Counted from the first letter of the stretch, positions 43,301 to 58,580 are shown. The stretch: DNA of 64,000 nt from Chrysomallon squamiferum (GCA_012295275.1 CM022672.1:12090001-12154000), one strand, 5' to 3'. Made by a program: numbers and translations. Notes: generated by a model from the letters alone, not told the origin.

Positions 43301-46300
43301 TTTTAAACTAACATAAAAAAAAAGATTAATGCAATAAAATAATTATGAAATGAAATGAACACTGTATGTAAAAATAATAATTACAAAATTTCTATAAAAA
43401 TATATGTAATAAATATAAAAATAACTTATGAAAAGAGTTACAAGTGGAAAACTATCAAATTTGAAAATTCAGTAATTGCTGAACATTTTACATTCACGCC
43501 ACTAGAAAAATTTAATGACACTTGAATGCTATATAACAGAGAGCACTCTGGTTTTAGAATCATTCCAACATTACTACCTGACTGTTCAGAATCATCATCA
43601 CTGCTTCCCAGTGGGTTTGACATGGGAGGTTTGCCACAGACAGTTTGCTGCATGAAGGACCAGATCTTCATCAAGCCTTTTGGATGGTGTTGTGAATGAT
43701 GGCCAGAATCCTGATTTCAGAAAATGAAAATTTCAATTTTTTTTTTTTTTTTTTTTTAAACACACAAAATGCATATACAAATATATATCACACTTAAAAT
43801 TAATTATTATTATTATTTTTGTAATTTTTTTATGAAAGAAGCAATGAATTTGTATCTAGATTTAAAAAAAATTACCTGTATTAATGAAAAAAAGATATAA
43901 CTGACTCAGTTTTTGTAATATATTATTTACATTAAATATTATTTGTTTTATAGTATAAATCAAATTATATACTATTTTTCTTATCATTTTCAAAATTTCT
44001 CTTCTGAAAATATATTATTGAACTAATTATTTATTAACAAATGTAATTATTTTAAACTTAAACCTGTGAAAACAAAATTTAAAAATAAAGATGAAATGAT
44101 CAAAAATAAATCTAACTGTATCAGAAGAGTTCTGGCTGCTGCTGTTGCTGCTGCTGGTGTCAGTGGAGTTGCTGAAGTCCAGTGTGCTAAGTGGCAACAT
44201 CGCTACCAGCTTGGACAACATTTCTAGATCTGTTTGGAACTGAACAAACTGGTTTACCTGGAGACAGCAGATAAAAACAAAGACATTGATTGAAATAAGG
44301 AATTCGTGAAAGTGTAATAAAATTTATACAGTTTGTTAAATCATGCCAAATTAATGTTTTTTAAAACAAATTCTAAAGACAAAACTACCAAAAAAAAAGA
44401 AAAAAAAAGGCAGTTTATGTTTTGTGTCAAAATAAATTTCATTAATGTGTGACTTTATTTATTTATTTATTTTTATTTTTATTTTTATCTTTATCTTTTA
44501 TTTTTTATTTTCATTTTCATTTTCATTTTCATTTTCATTTTCATTTTTTTTTATTTTTTTTTTTTTTTTTTTTTATTTAATTTTTATTATTATTTTTTTT
44601 TAATTAATTTTTTTTATTGTTTATTATGTTTTTCATGTAATAAAAGACAGGAACTAGAATAGTCAAAGTACTGTTCTGAAGGCATTTTTTACATTGTCAG
44701 CTCATCTAAAAAGCTTAGTAAACAATGATATCTATGTTGTTTACTTTAGATCTAATAAAGAGGTACACATTGCTGAGCTATCAATTGATTTTACCAGAAA
44801 CATCAAATAAACTGTTATAACTGTTATACTTAAAAAATATTTCACATACCTTTTTAACAAAGTTGTTAACCTTCTGGGTTGTGGTTGACAGATTAACTGC
44901 CTTGAGGTGTAACTGAAAAAAATTAAAAACACATTTCAGTTTAACAAGAAAACAAATTTGTATTATTGTTGTTGTTGTTGCTGCTGTTGTTTGTTGTGTT
45001 TGCTGTTACTGCTATTATCATTAGGCTTATTATTATAATTATAATTATCTTCATCATCATCATCATTACTACTATTATTATCTTTATTTATTCATTATTA
45101 TTTATTATTATAATAATTATTATTATTACTATATTTTTATTATTATTGTTTTTATTATTATTGTTGTTGTTAGTGTCATTATTTTTTATTATTATCATCA
45201 TGATCATCATTATTATTCTATTTTTATTATTATTATTATGTTAAAATTGCAGCTTGTTATTCTACATACTTGTAACTTAAAGAAACATAAAAGTCTGCAG
45301 ATTTATTACTCACATGAAACATTAGTTATTTTAAATAAGAGAGAAAAAACCCATCCAGAATGATGAAGAAAAATACCAACAGTAATATAACCATGTTTGT
45401 TTCCGTTTATTTATTTACAAGAAAAACAACAGTGGGAACAAAAAAAAAATAATAATAATAATAAACAAATAAATAAAAAAAAGTCTCTTTATTCTAAAGT
45501 CACCAACCAGACAGTTTATGTATTTTATGTTAAAATTGGATTTCGTTATTCAATGCCTGAGAAATGTTTGTGTGTGTTTTTTCCATGGAAACTGAACATA
45601 AAGAATGTGACTACTTCTGTGACACACACACACACACACATGCACAAAATTCTCTAGGTGTTTTATTTTATTTTTTAACATTCTGCAGCGTTTTTTTTAC
45701 TACATATTAAAATATGAAATGTGATACAAATTATTATAGTATGAAAATATTTTGAATAAAGTATAAGAATATAATAACACTGTGATAAATACTACAGAAA
45801 GATTGTAATGTAATTATAATGACATCATTCTGAATAAAGCAGCTCTGTCTAAACTTTATTCTGCTCACTTTCAAAACACTGTAAAATTTGACTGCCCACC
45901 AAACTCAATAATTTTATTTAATGAATTGAACGTAAATGATATTTATTAAAGTTTAAATAAAAGCTGATATTACTTACTTTGTTTATAATGTTTTGGTCTG
46001 TGACAGATGATTTTAGATAGGATGATAATTCATTCAGCTGATGAACAGTCAGATTGCACAGTCGATGTTGTAGATCCTCCTGAAACAAAAAACCACACAC
46101 ACATCTAAATTATTAGAATAAAGTCAAAGATAAAAGTATAATTCCTTTAAAAAAATAATAATAATAAATAAAAATTTAAAAAAATAAAAAATTAAAACAT
46201 TAAAAATAAAATAGCAATAAATAAAATAAATATTTAATTAAGATAAATACCTTATTAATTTATCACATATGTGTGTGTGTGTCTGTGTGTGAAATAATAA

Positions 46301-47434
46301 TAATTAATAAACAAATAAATAATTAAAGCTATATGCATTCTTACTAAAAAAAACAACAACAAAAACTCTAAATAATTACTAAACAATTATTCATACAAAA
46401 TCAGATTATAGTAACAATAATGATTATAAACAGAGCTTTGCATTCATAAAAAAAAAAGATCAAAAATTCAAAACTCCTACCATTTGAGAGACATTCTGTG
46501 TAGGCGAAGGGACTAGAAACTGATGTAAAAATGTTTTATCACAGGCTAACTTGTGTAAAGAGGAAGGGGAAAACAACACAATCTGAAACAGAATGACAAT
46601 ATATTAATAAAAACTTAAAAACCCAATGTATTAACACATCAAAAATAATATTTCATACATTAAAAAAAAAAAAAAAAAATTGTGAATCTTTGTATAAATA
46701 TATCTGAAAATTATGCATTAATATATTAAGTAAAAACATATTATTAAGCATAAAGAGAAAATGGTACTAATATTAACATAAGCAGTATTAAAATAATAAA
46801 GATTTAATAATGAACAATATTATGAATTAGATATTATTTTGGCCCTCAAATAATTTTCAGGTACAAGTATTTTTATTATTTACTTTTTATAGTAATATAA
46901 AGTACAGTTAATGAAATTTATTTTTAAACTGTTATAACTGATTCAGCTACAAATAATTTTATTATACTTTAATATTTAATAATTATAAATAAAAAAATAT
47001 TAAATTAAAGATCCAACAGAATTTTTATAGATGATTTACCTTCAACAACTGGGCCATCTGTTTTGGTGAAATAATGAAAGGACTGTTATACTTGTTCACA
47101 ACTTCCATCAAAACATCCATAATGTCAGCAATATTGTTTTTCTCCAGCACTCTGGGATTACGTAGAAGTTCATCTAGGATTTTTCCTGCTATATCCTTCC
47201 TGAATGAACTGGATTTCCTGGATTCTAATTCTGCCACAATGGATCTGACAGTGGTTTGCAAAAGATCCCTTTCAGCCTCTTGCAGGGTGTTGTGTGTCTG
47301 TGATGAATCATGTGAGAAAAACAAAATATCTTGCTGTATATTCCGTTTTCGTCGATGGAGGGAATGTTGCAGAAGTTCCATGTTCTCTCCAAACAAAAAT
47401 TTGTACAGCTGAAATTAAAGATTTTAAATTATAA

Positions 47435-47465
<31 letters not shown>

Positions 47466-49089
47466 ATACCATCTTTAAGAATAAATAGAAAGTAAAAATG
47501 AAAACCAATTTTTATTAAATATTTGTCATCAAAAATTCTTTTTTAACTATTTGTTTCATAAAGTATATTTCAGTTTCTTTAACAAAATGTAAATTATCAA
47601 TATAAAATTTGTATGAATGGTTATTTTAAAAGTTTAAAATAAATTATTATATTTCAGTTTCACTCTAAAACAGTATGCTCAAATTCTTTTTCTTTTTTTA
47701 TGAAGTAGCAAATTTCCATTTCTTTATAAAATACTTTAAGTAGCCTATTTAACTTCTTAACGAACCAATATTGAAATATTTAAGCAGTTTGGTGAAGACA
47801 GCAATATTACTGAGAATTTCAGTTTCAGTTTTACTAACAAACCTTTTTAATGGCAATAGTAGAATTGAGCAGGGCTGTGGCATCATCTACAGGCAGTGAA
47901 AGGTTGCTAGTGAGAAAATGTTTAAACTTCTTCACATTGGTTAGAACTGATCTTAGAGGAAAATCTAGAAAAAAAAGAAAGAAAAGAAAAGAAGACAAAT
48001 AAATACATTAATGGTCTGTGTCAAAATGGTTTCAAGAATTGGTGAACTTTTTTTTTTTAAATGAACAAAGCATTGGTCAAGTATAAAAAAAATAATTTTA
48101 TAGATACATAAGCATAGAATATATATATATATATATATATAAAAATGAGACAATTTTACAATAAAATAATAATAAGAATAATAATAAGCATAATAATACG
48201 AATAAATACATATACATATACATTATATATATATATATATATATATATGAGAATCCTTTTTCATTTATTTATTTATTTTATTATGATTTTAGTTGTTGTG
48301 GTAAATTGATTTAATTAATTTAATATATATATATATATATAATCGATCAATTAAATCAATTTACCACACAACAACTTAAATCATAATAAAATAAACAAAC
48401 AAACAAATAAATAAAAAAAGGATGCTAATGATGCTGAAGGATATATGATGACAATAATAATAATACACAAATCTTACTTGTTGCGTTTTCAAAACTGTCG
48501 TGTAAAAAGGCAGGATCATCGATGATGCTACGATACATATCTGGCAGTTTGTCCATTTCTTTGGGCGTGAAACCAGGATCAAAATAATGGTGGCTGTCTG
48601 CAACAGCCTGCAGTTGACTTAGCAATGATTTAGTTGATCTGGTTGTAAAGTAAAAAAATAAAAATTTTAAATTATAATTTGCAATTTATATATATTTTGG
48701 TATTTTTTAAATATCTGATATGAATTTTGATATGAATATAATAATAATTTAAATGCATTTAATTAATAAAATAAATGTTAAATAATTTATTACAATTATT
48801 ACGTAAAATATTCCTGCTTAAAATTATCAAAATGACCACCCTGGAATTCTCTGCATATATGGATAAACTGTAAATATATAGCTTTATGTAACAGAATAAA
48901 ATATTAAAGTTTGTAAAGTTACTAGCATTGTAAATACATGTCAAATGAACATCCATTATCTGAAATTCTGAAATCTTAGACACTTTGCATATTATTGTTG
49001 TTGTTGTTGTTGTTATTATTTGTATTATTATCAAAACATATTAAAATCACACTAAAAAACAGCATATATCAATTCATTATCACAAATGC

Positions 49090-49139
<50 letters not shown>

Positions 49140-49978
49140 CACGCGCACATGTGGTTTAGGATTAAAGAATCTTGACCAGATTATAGTGCCATCATGTGTG
49201 AGTGTGTGTGTGTAAACAACATAATATGTTGAAAATTGAATGATGGGACTATAATCTTCCTAGAATCCTTAATCCTAAACCAAACGTAACAGGAATTTAA
49301 ATGCTGTTCACCTTGAGTTTGGGAAATTCATGAAGCCCCACTGGTCTCGTACACCGTTTTCACAAAACATCTGCATAATTGACACAATGCCAGAGGATGG
49401 CAACGGCTTTGCTTGATACTGAACTGCAAAACAAGGAAATCAATTCTTATTAAAACAGTGGTCTCACCCATATGTACCACTAATAAAATATCACATAGTA
49501 ACGACTTTATTAAACCTTTGCATGTGGACCTGTAATAAAATACTGAGTATTTTAAATATCAGTCTAACTAACCTTTACATATGTACCAAAGTATCAAAAT
49601 AATTATAATATTAAATGGGAATTTAACACACTGAAATAAAATTTAAATAATTATAAAACAAAAAATTTGACAAAACTTTTTATGACAAAAATAATTATAT
49701 ATTAAAAACAATTTTCAATATATATCTGTAACAACATAATAATGTATTAAATAATAGTTTAACAAATCTTAATGTATGGATCAGAAATAACTTAAGTACA
49801 TGCCAGTACTTAATTGGATTTTTATATGAATTGGAATCAAGATAATTATATATTATACAGTAGTTTGATGCAGCAGTTTGGAATAAGTACCCGTAACATG
49901 ATAATTATCTATTAAACAGGAATTTAACAAACATTTATATATGTACTGGTATCAAAATATTTATACATTAAACAATCT

Positions 49979-50038
<60 letters not shown>

Positions 50039-50189
50039 CATATAATACAGCATGTTTGTATTCTGTAATCAAATAATTATATTTCAAACATGATTTAATG
50101 AAGTTTCTGTACTAGTTCTAGTAATAAAATAATTAATATAATTAGATATTAATGTATGCTTACTGGTAATAAAATAATTATGTTTAACA

Positions 50190-50274
<85 letters not shown>

Positions 50275-50996
50275 TTATATATATATATAATTATATATTT
50301 GAGTAGTTTAGCATTATGTATGTACCATTAAAATAAACAATAAAAGAATTTCTTTGTTTGTAATATTCATTCTCCCTAGTATTTAATTTAATCTTTCCTG
50401 ATGTCACACAGCATTAATTCTTGATTAGTTCAGAAAAAAAATATCAACATATGTATTTGTATGCTTCTATATGTATGTTGGATATGCAGTATAGGCAATG
50501 AATAGATTTCCTACAATGTATGTATATATTTGTGGGTTATTGTACGAGTTTGTGGTTAAATATCACTCACAGATTGTGACACTGAAGGTTAGTGCTGTCT
50601 GAAGCAATGACAGATAATTATCAGGTAAAGCCAGTCTTTGTGTATTACTCTCAACATGTTAAAAGAAAAACAGAGGGAGAAAAACCTAAAACTTGATTTT
50701 TGTTTTAGCTTGTAAACAAAATGTAAGCAGGTTTATTTTATCAGTTAAATGAAAAAGAAAAATACAACAAAATATAAATTACATAGAGACTGAAAACATG
50801 ATTATATATATTAGGTGGAAATGGGAGAAAAGAGAATGATACATTCATATATATACATATACACATATATATATATATATACACACATACATACATATAT
50901 ACAGTCACATACACATACCAACATATTCACATGTATGCCTAAAAACCACATGTATACGCACACACACAAACACACACACACACACACACACACACA

Positions 50997-51073
<77 letters not shown>

Positions 51074-51380
51074 CACAGTTATATAAAAAAAACATACATA
51101 CAAATACCATGATTAATTCTGTTCTATTAATAATATATTATTATTATTATTTAACTGTTGATAAGATATTATATAAGATTTCAATTTGTTTCTCCCCAAC
51201 ATTAAGTGAGATTATAATACATATAGAAGATAATTTTTTCAACATAAAAGAACAAATAGGATAAGTAACAAAGTTTTACATCAAAATAAACACATATGTT
51301 GGTATGTGTTTAAAAAATAATAATAATAAAAAAAATAAAATAAAATATAATCAAATAAATAATTAAATAAATAAATAAAA

Positions 51381-51415
<35 letters not shown>

Positions 51416-51979
51416 ATCAGAAACCATAAATGAGATAATCTCATTTACTGCTGGGGGTAAGATAAAACCTGAAATCTCATATAACATCTTATTTACAGAG
51501 ATATAAAGAATTAATTATTTAACTGTATATCATAATAACACATTACATAACTGTCTTTTCTTATCTGTCATTTGCTTTCATTAAAACCCCATTATTTTCA
51601 CTAATTACTAGTAAACAATGGAGAACTATATTATTTAGACTTTTAAAGGGTAGTATATAGTTTCTCTGTTATTGCTGTTATTATTTATTATTATTACTAT
51701 CATCATCATAATTATCATTATTTCAGTGCATTATCATTATCATCATTATGATATTACATTACATTATTTAATATTTATCATTACAGTCATGTTTATTATT
51801 TATTTATTTATTTATTTATTACTATGAACTTAACAGAACATTTTACAAAGTGTCAGCTAAAAGTTAAAGTTTCATTATTATTAATGTTTATTAATTTTTA
51901 ATCAGGCATGCTCTTATGAACCTAATTTTTTTATATAAAATAATTCATTTGGGTAATAATAATAATAATAATAATAATA

Positions 51980-52014
<35 letters not shown>

Positions 52015-53980
52015 ACTTAACAGAATGTATATGATTCTGCTATTTAATAGAATACAATCAAGTTTGGTTAATCTTGTTATTATTATGACTGTTGTTGTTG
52101 TTACTAACAAAACACTATTAAATCTGGTATTTAACAGAAAACAATTAATTTGTTTTGTAACAAAATGCCATTAAAATCGATATTTAATAGAAAACAATTG
52201 GTCTGGGTACATAAAAGCACTTTGTTAATTTTGATGATAAACAGAACACCATTAATGAAGTATTTATTAGGAAACCATCAATTTGTTGTTTTTTTATTTT
52301 TTTTTTTATACCATTAGCTGGGGTATTTAACAGAATAACATTAATTTGGGGTTTTATCAGTGACACGTTTGCTAATCAACACAACACATTCTATTTTGGT
52401 AATTAACAGAATACCATTAATTTTGGTTTAAACAGAACACCAATGGTATGGTTTTTAAACTGAATACCATTAATTGTGGTATTAAACAGCACACAGTTAG
52501 TATGGTATTTAGAAGAACACAACTACTGTTTAAAAGAAACTGTTAATGTAGGCACTTAAACAGAACTCCCAGTAATTTGACTGTATATCTTCATTTCATT
52601 AATTTTGATTTTTAACAGAGCACCATTAATTTTGCTGATCTACATAAATTAATATACGAACACTTAAAGCTGAATTTCATGCACTCTTCTCTAATATACT
52701 GGCACTGATGTGGAAATACCATAAACTTTTATGCCTGTACTTAAAAGCACATTTCCAGGTGATTTATTTGGAGCTGCTGCTATAATTAATTGAGTTCTTT
52801 GATACAACAATGAGAGTGAAAAGTAATGACTCTTATTTGGGTTCTGTTAAGAAACGTTGTTTTGCTTTACACAAAAATGAATTATCACCTACTATTTCTA
52901 AAATACCATTGACAAATCAATAAAAACAGTTTAAAATATCACTGTATACTCAGTTTCAAGAATATCAATTACTAACTGTACTTTGTGTTAGATTTTTAAA
53001 TTACTATCAAAATATCAGTGCAAAATGAATTGCTTACAAAATTTCTAAAATGTGAGCCAGTTCTAAATTTGTAGACTACTAATCAGTTAAAATTCGACAG
53101 TACTGCTTGTCTAATCCTTACTTATTATTTACCTATGTATTGACTCTATGAATATATACCATCCCATTCATTATAATAATCCATATTTATCACTTGTTAC
53201 ATTATCACATACCATATTTATCACATGGCACATTATAAAACATACATGAAATTTGTTATATGCCACATTAAAATACCCTGTGCTCATCATATTATTATCA
53301 CCTTTATATTTATTATATTCTATATCATCAATCAACATCTTATTTTATCCTATAATGTATCACATCACTCATTTATCATATACCAAGTCAACATATTTGA
53401 TATTTATAATACCCATATTGATCATGCTATATTACCTTACATCAAAGTAAATTAGCATATTACATATTTATCATACCTATAATTATTATATGCCATGTTA
53501 TCATATACCAAATTAACATATTATATATAAATTTTTCCCCATACATGCCAACTTATTATATCCCATACTTATCATAACCCACATTTGTAACATGCCATAT
53601 TATCATACACTAAATTAACATACCCTGTATTTGCAACATTCTATAAGATTACCAGCAACTGCCAGTGATGTGATATTACTGTAATAATTATTCTTTCATG
53701 ATGAAAGACAATAAAGGTATAGGATACATTTATATTATGCAGTCACTCAGTACATCACAGGTATTTTATTACCATTACAATTACATGCTATAAGTCATCA
53801 AAACAATGTAAAACTTTTTATACATAACTATATTGCATGAAAAGGTGTAGAGTTTGAGGAAAAAAAAATAATAATAAAAAATTTAATAAAGAATATATTG
53901 ATCTGATGCTGTTATTATTTAATACACTAGGAAAAATGGAAAGAAAAAAACCATCAAAGTTCCTGTAAAATCTACTGTGA

Positions 53981-54041
<61 letters not shown>

Positions 54042-54259
54042 TAAAATACTGGAGACTTGCATAAATAAAAAGAGTAACAAGCTTGTATAAAAGCAACATT
54101 ATTTATTGCATTGTGCACAGTAAAAAAAATGTGAGTTTGTGTATGTGTGTGTGTATAGGTAATGGGTATACATATATATATATATATGCATGCATACATA
54201 CATACACACATACATACATACATACATACATACATACATACATACTAATAATATAGTTG

Positions 54260-54298
<39 letters not shown>

Positions 54299-55420
54299 AT
54301 GTATATATGTATATGGAGTTATCTATTACACTGTATTATTAAGCATAATGGGAATTTCCAAAAAATTAAACTATTTTTAAAAAAAAGTCCTAATAATATG
54401 TTATAAGTTAATAAATTATTGTTTAACACCCTAGTGCCATATCAGATACATATAACATATTCAATATTTGACATGTCAGTGCAGGATTATGAATCAATAT
54501 TAAGGATAAATTTTCTCCAGTAAGTCCATGCAGTCTCATTAACCAACATATTTTTTACAATTACCAAACTGATTTCTTTACAGTTTATTGATTTAATACA
54601 GCCACATAATACGAGCTAATATATTTTTCATTTGGTGCTTTAATAGATATATACATATTTTTTGTATTTTGCTTGATAAAGGTTCACAGTAAACTATGCT
54701 ATTATGTTTTATATTTTCTTACATTCCTTTTGTCTGCGCTAATTCTTATAATGCTTCATATAATATTTGTGTAGTAAATTTTGCTAATAATTCATATAAT
54801 TATGTTGGTTAAATGTTAATAATTTTGATTATAATCCACACATTGATAAAACTCAGTAATGATCCAGAAACTAGTCAAACTTCAGTGGTAAATTTTGGTA
54901 ATGATCCATATATTGGTCAAACATTATTGGTAAATTTTGGTAATGATCCAAACATTGGTCAAATGGAAATGGTAAATTTAGTAATGATCCATATTTGGTC
55001 AAACTTTATTGGTTAACTTTTATTACAATTTGTACAGTCATTTTGTTAATGATCCATATATTAGTCACAATTCAGAAGAAAATGTTGCTAGTTATTCACA
55101 CATCAGTCAAATATCAGTGGTACATTTTTATAATTATTATAATCTGATAATCATAAATACTGCTAATGATCTGATGATTACTGAAATTTAGCTAATGCTG
55201 TACATATTGCTCAAACTGTTGGTCTGTGTTTGCATTATAAAATGGTGAGTTATTTTGTTTTCACTTGATAAAATAATAATGCCAGTTTGAAAACAAGGGT
55301 AACTACGTTCATTAGTGATTTTGTCATATAAAAGAAGATGTTCTGTTTCATGTGACTAACACAATTATAATTATCAGTAATATCAGGTAAAGGCAGATAC
55401 ATACAGAACAATAAACACAG

Positions 55421-55462
<42 letters not shown>

Positions 55463-55623
55463 CCATATACCTGTTGTATCACACATGTACTGATGTAGGT
55501 TTAAATATATATTATATGTACTTACTTGTCCTGACTGGGTCAGCAGGAAGTTTTCTTCTTATTAAAAGCAGAATGACAAACAGCACCAGTGGAATAAAAA
55601 GCTCAAAGAGAACGACAAACTGA

Positions 55624-55667
<44 letters not shown>

Positions 55668-55745
55668 TAATAATAATAATAAAATGGTCATAATAATAAT
55701 AACAACAACAATAAATATTAATAAAAGAGAAAAAGTAATTTAAAG

Positions 55746-55785
<40 letters not shown>

Positions 55786-58547
55786 TATTATATACAATTT
55801 TAAATTCAGTCATAAAATAAGAAACTCACTTTATTATTAATAACAATATGGAAGTAGTAATTTATATATTTGTGTAAAGTCATATATAGAAATTAGATCA
55901 AAATAAATATATTTAATATCAAAACCTTTTGAAATAGTTTGAAAGAAGATTTAAATTCAAGGATTATAAAACAGATATAAAATCACACAAATACATATAT
56001 GTATACATTTACATATACATCTACATTTACACATCAACAACACCCATTATATATCCAAATCACATAAATATGCATATATCTATACCTGTATAGACACATA
56101 CTGTATATAAATATATGTGTATTATCTGATATTGTGTATTTAACATATATTTAATTAATTAGATTTTTTCAGAATATAAAAACATATATTCACCTGCAGA
56201 CCACACACACACACACATACACATACACATACAGACACATACATGTACATGTACATGTACATACATACACATGTAAACATTTTGAATATAACAATGGTGT
56301 TTCTAACCTCAGGTTTCTAAACCACTGAAAACAGCACATAAACCTTATAAAATTACAATATATTTTGCAAAACCTGTGTAAATATTCAGTGCTTTTATAT
56401 TTTTAATTATTTACTCTCTTCACATATTTCACCTACTGTGTAAAATGTGGGACGGTTCTTGTATGATTATTAACCTTCAGAATATCTGGGGCACATCCAC
56501 TGGGGACAGTCAGTTTGCAGTAAATCATGGGAAGATCCAGAAATTGAGAAAGTGGGGGAGAGGAACAGTCAAACTCTGGTATATCAGGGGTAGGTCCAGG
56601 AAGGGGTACATTGAAACTGGTACATCAGGGACTCTTCTAGACATTCAGAAAGGGGGGCCTCAAACTATTATTTACTCAATGGCAAATCCAGAAGATCAGA
56701 AATGATGGTACAATTAATCATTGATATACTGAAGGCAGATTAAGGGACCACCAAATAACACAAAGGTATATGAAGTAAAGCTCCAGAAATGCAGAAAGGG
56801 AGACAGAACCAAACTTCAAATATAAAAGGCAAATTTGGAAAGCATAAACAAATGGTGCTATATTAAAAGCTAGTTGATCGAGGAATTCAGAAACGTGGAA
56901 ACAAATTATAGTATATGAAGACAAGTAATTAGTAAAAACAAATACATAAGGTCATAGCAGAGGTGTCCTACTTAAAACACACACATGTTATAAAGTTTAT
57001 TTCAGAGAACAATTAAAACAACAGTGGGTTACTACTGTGCAAACAGATCAATGTGATGTGCAAGCAGTGAAAAGAAAATAGGATTAGGAAAACTTGACAT
57101 ACATGCTTGCCTCCTAACTTAATTTACAGCCCAGACAGAAATTGCCTGCTCCAGTATTGATTACAGCCAATGATGGCTGAGCCACCAAACACAGCAGCCA
57201 GCAACAGCAACAACAACAACGGGAGAAATGTTTTTATGTAATGACACATTTTAATCAACAGCATTTACGGTCAGTAACATCAAGCCATTTTTGTTTTCGA
57301 AGAATAAATTGGTTATTGTCACACACTTGAGTAATAATAATAATGAAATAATGATAATAACATACAAATTTACTTAAGTATCAACAACGACAACAATCAT
57401 CATCATCATAATCATCAAAAAAAATAATAATATTTTTACAAAACATTTTAATAAAAGGTAAAAAAATAAGCTGTCAGCTCTCTATTTACAGTCACCAGTA
57501 TTATTATCATTATATTTTAATCCACATAGCACACAATGGTACATTAAGATAGTGGTAGACTTCATAGAAAACCTTGTAATCAGAATTAAGTAGCCCACTC
57601 AACGTGACAGTATAAGGTCATTACCAGCTTAATAAAATACTGTCAATAAATTATCTTTGGTGTGAGCAAAATAAGCAACTGACAGGTGACTGATAGCCTG
57701 TTTAAGTATATATATATATATATATAAAAAGCTTTATATGTTTAGGGTTAGGTTACTTTTATTTGATACTACTGAGTAGTTTTAGTCAGATCCAGAAGAG
57801 TACTCCATACAATTCCTTTTTTTTATTATTTGATTTTTGTTGTTGTTTTTATGTTTTAATAATTGACATCTAAAAATTCAGTGAAATAATTAACAATTTC
57901 CAACAGGTTGCATATTGTGATAGACACACAGACAAATGAACTGGAATTGAGGCAAAAACAAAAACTTCATAGACAAAAGTATTTATCTTCTAAATTAGAC
58001 CATTAGAATCATACATTTAAAAAAAAAAAATGTTTTAATAAAGCTTTTGTATTTCTTTCCTTTTTTACTACTCAGCCTTTCATTTTTCTTACTGCATTTC
58101 TCCCACTGACATTTACCACCACTCTGACTTCTTCCCCCATTCTGCGTTATTACTTCAGCTGAATAAGATTTATAAACAGCAGTAAGAAGGCTTACAAAAC
58201 TTTCTTACAACTATCAAAACTTAACATGTCAAATGTTTATTCATGTATTCAAAAAGAAAAAAAAAACTAACAACAAAACCCATAAAAAAACTTAACATGT
58301 CAAATGTATTCAGTATTCACTATAAATTTATGATTTACTGGATGCAGTCGTCCATGTTATCAATTATTTATCTGTGATTTTTAAATCTGCATATATGTAT
58401 GTGTGTCTGTGTCAGAGTGTGTGTGTGTGTGTGTGTGAATGTATGTATGCATGCAAATGTGTACATATTACACACACACACACATTAATCACCTACCTAA
58501 TTATACTTTGACAGATGTTGACGTGCTACATACATATTATCAAAGTT

Positions 58548-58580
<33 letters not shown>

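Noticed and set aside
50811-51264. His/Thr- or Cys/Val-rich ORFs (also 14187-14546, 39209-39617 and 59460-59657)
   Set aside because: (CA/TG)n microsatellite translations.
54780-55220. Regularly spaced repeats resembling a CRISPR array or repeat protein
   Set aside because: Degenerate head-to-tail minisatellite without unique spacers, in a eukaryotic intron with no cas genes.
56445-56705. 86-aa plus-strand ORF as a nested gene
   Set aside because: No recognisable domain or splice partners; the block is reported only as an unexplained candidate exon on the other strand.
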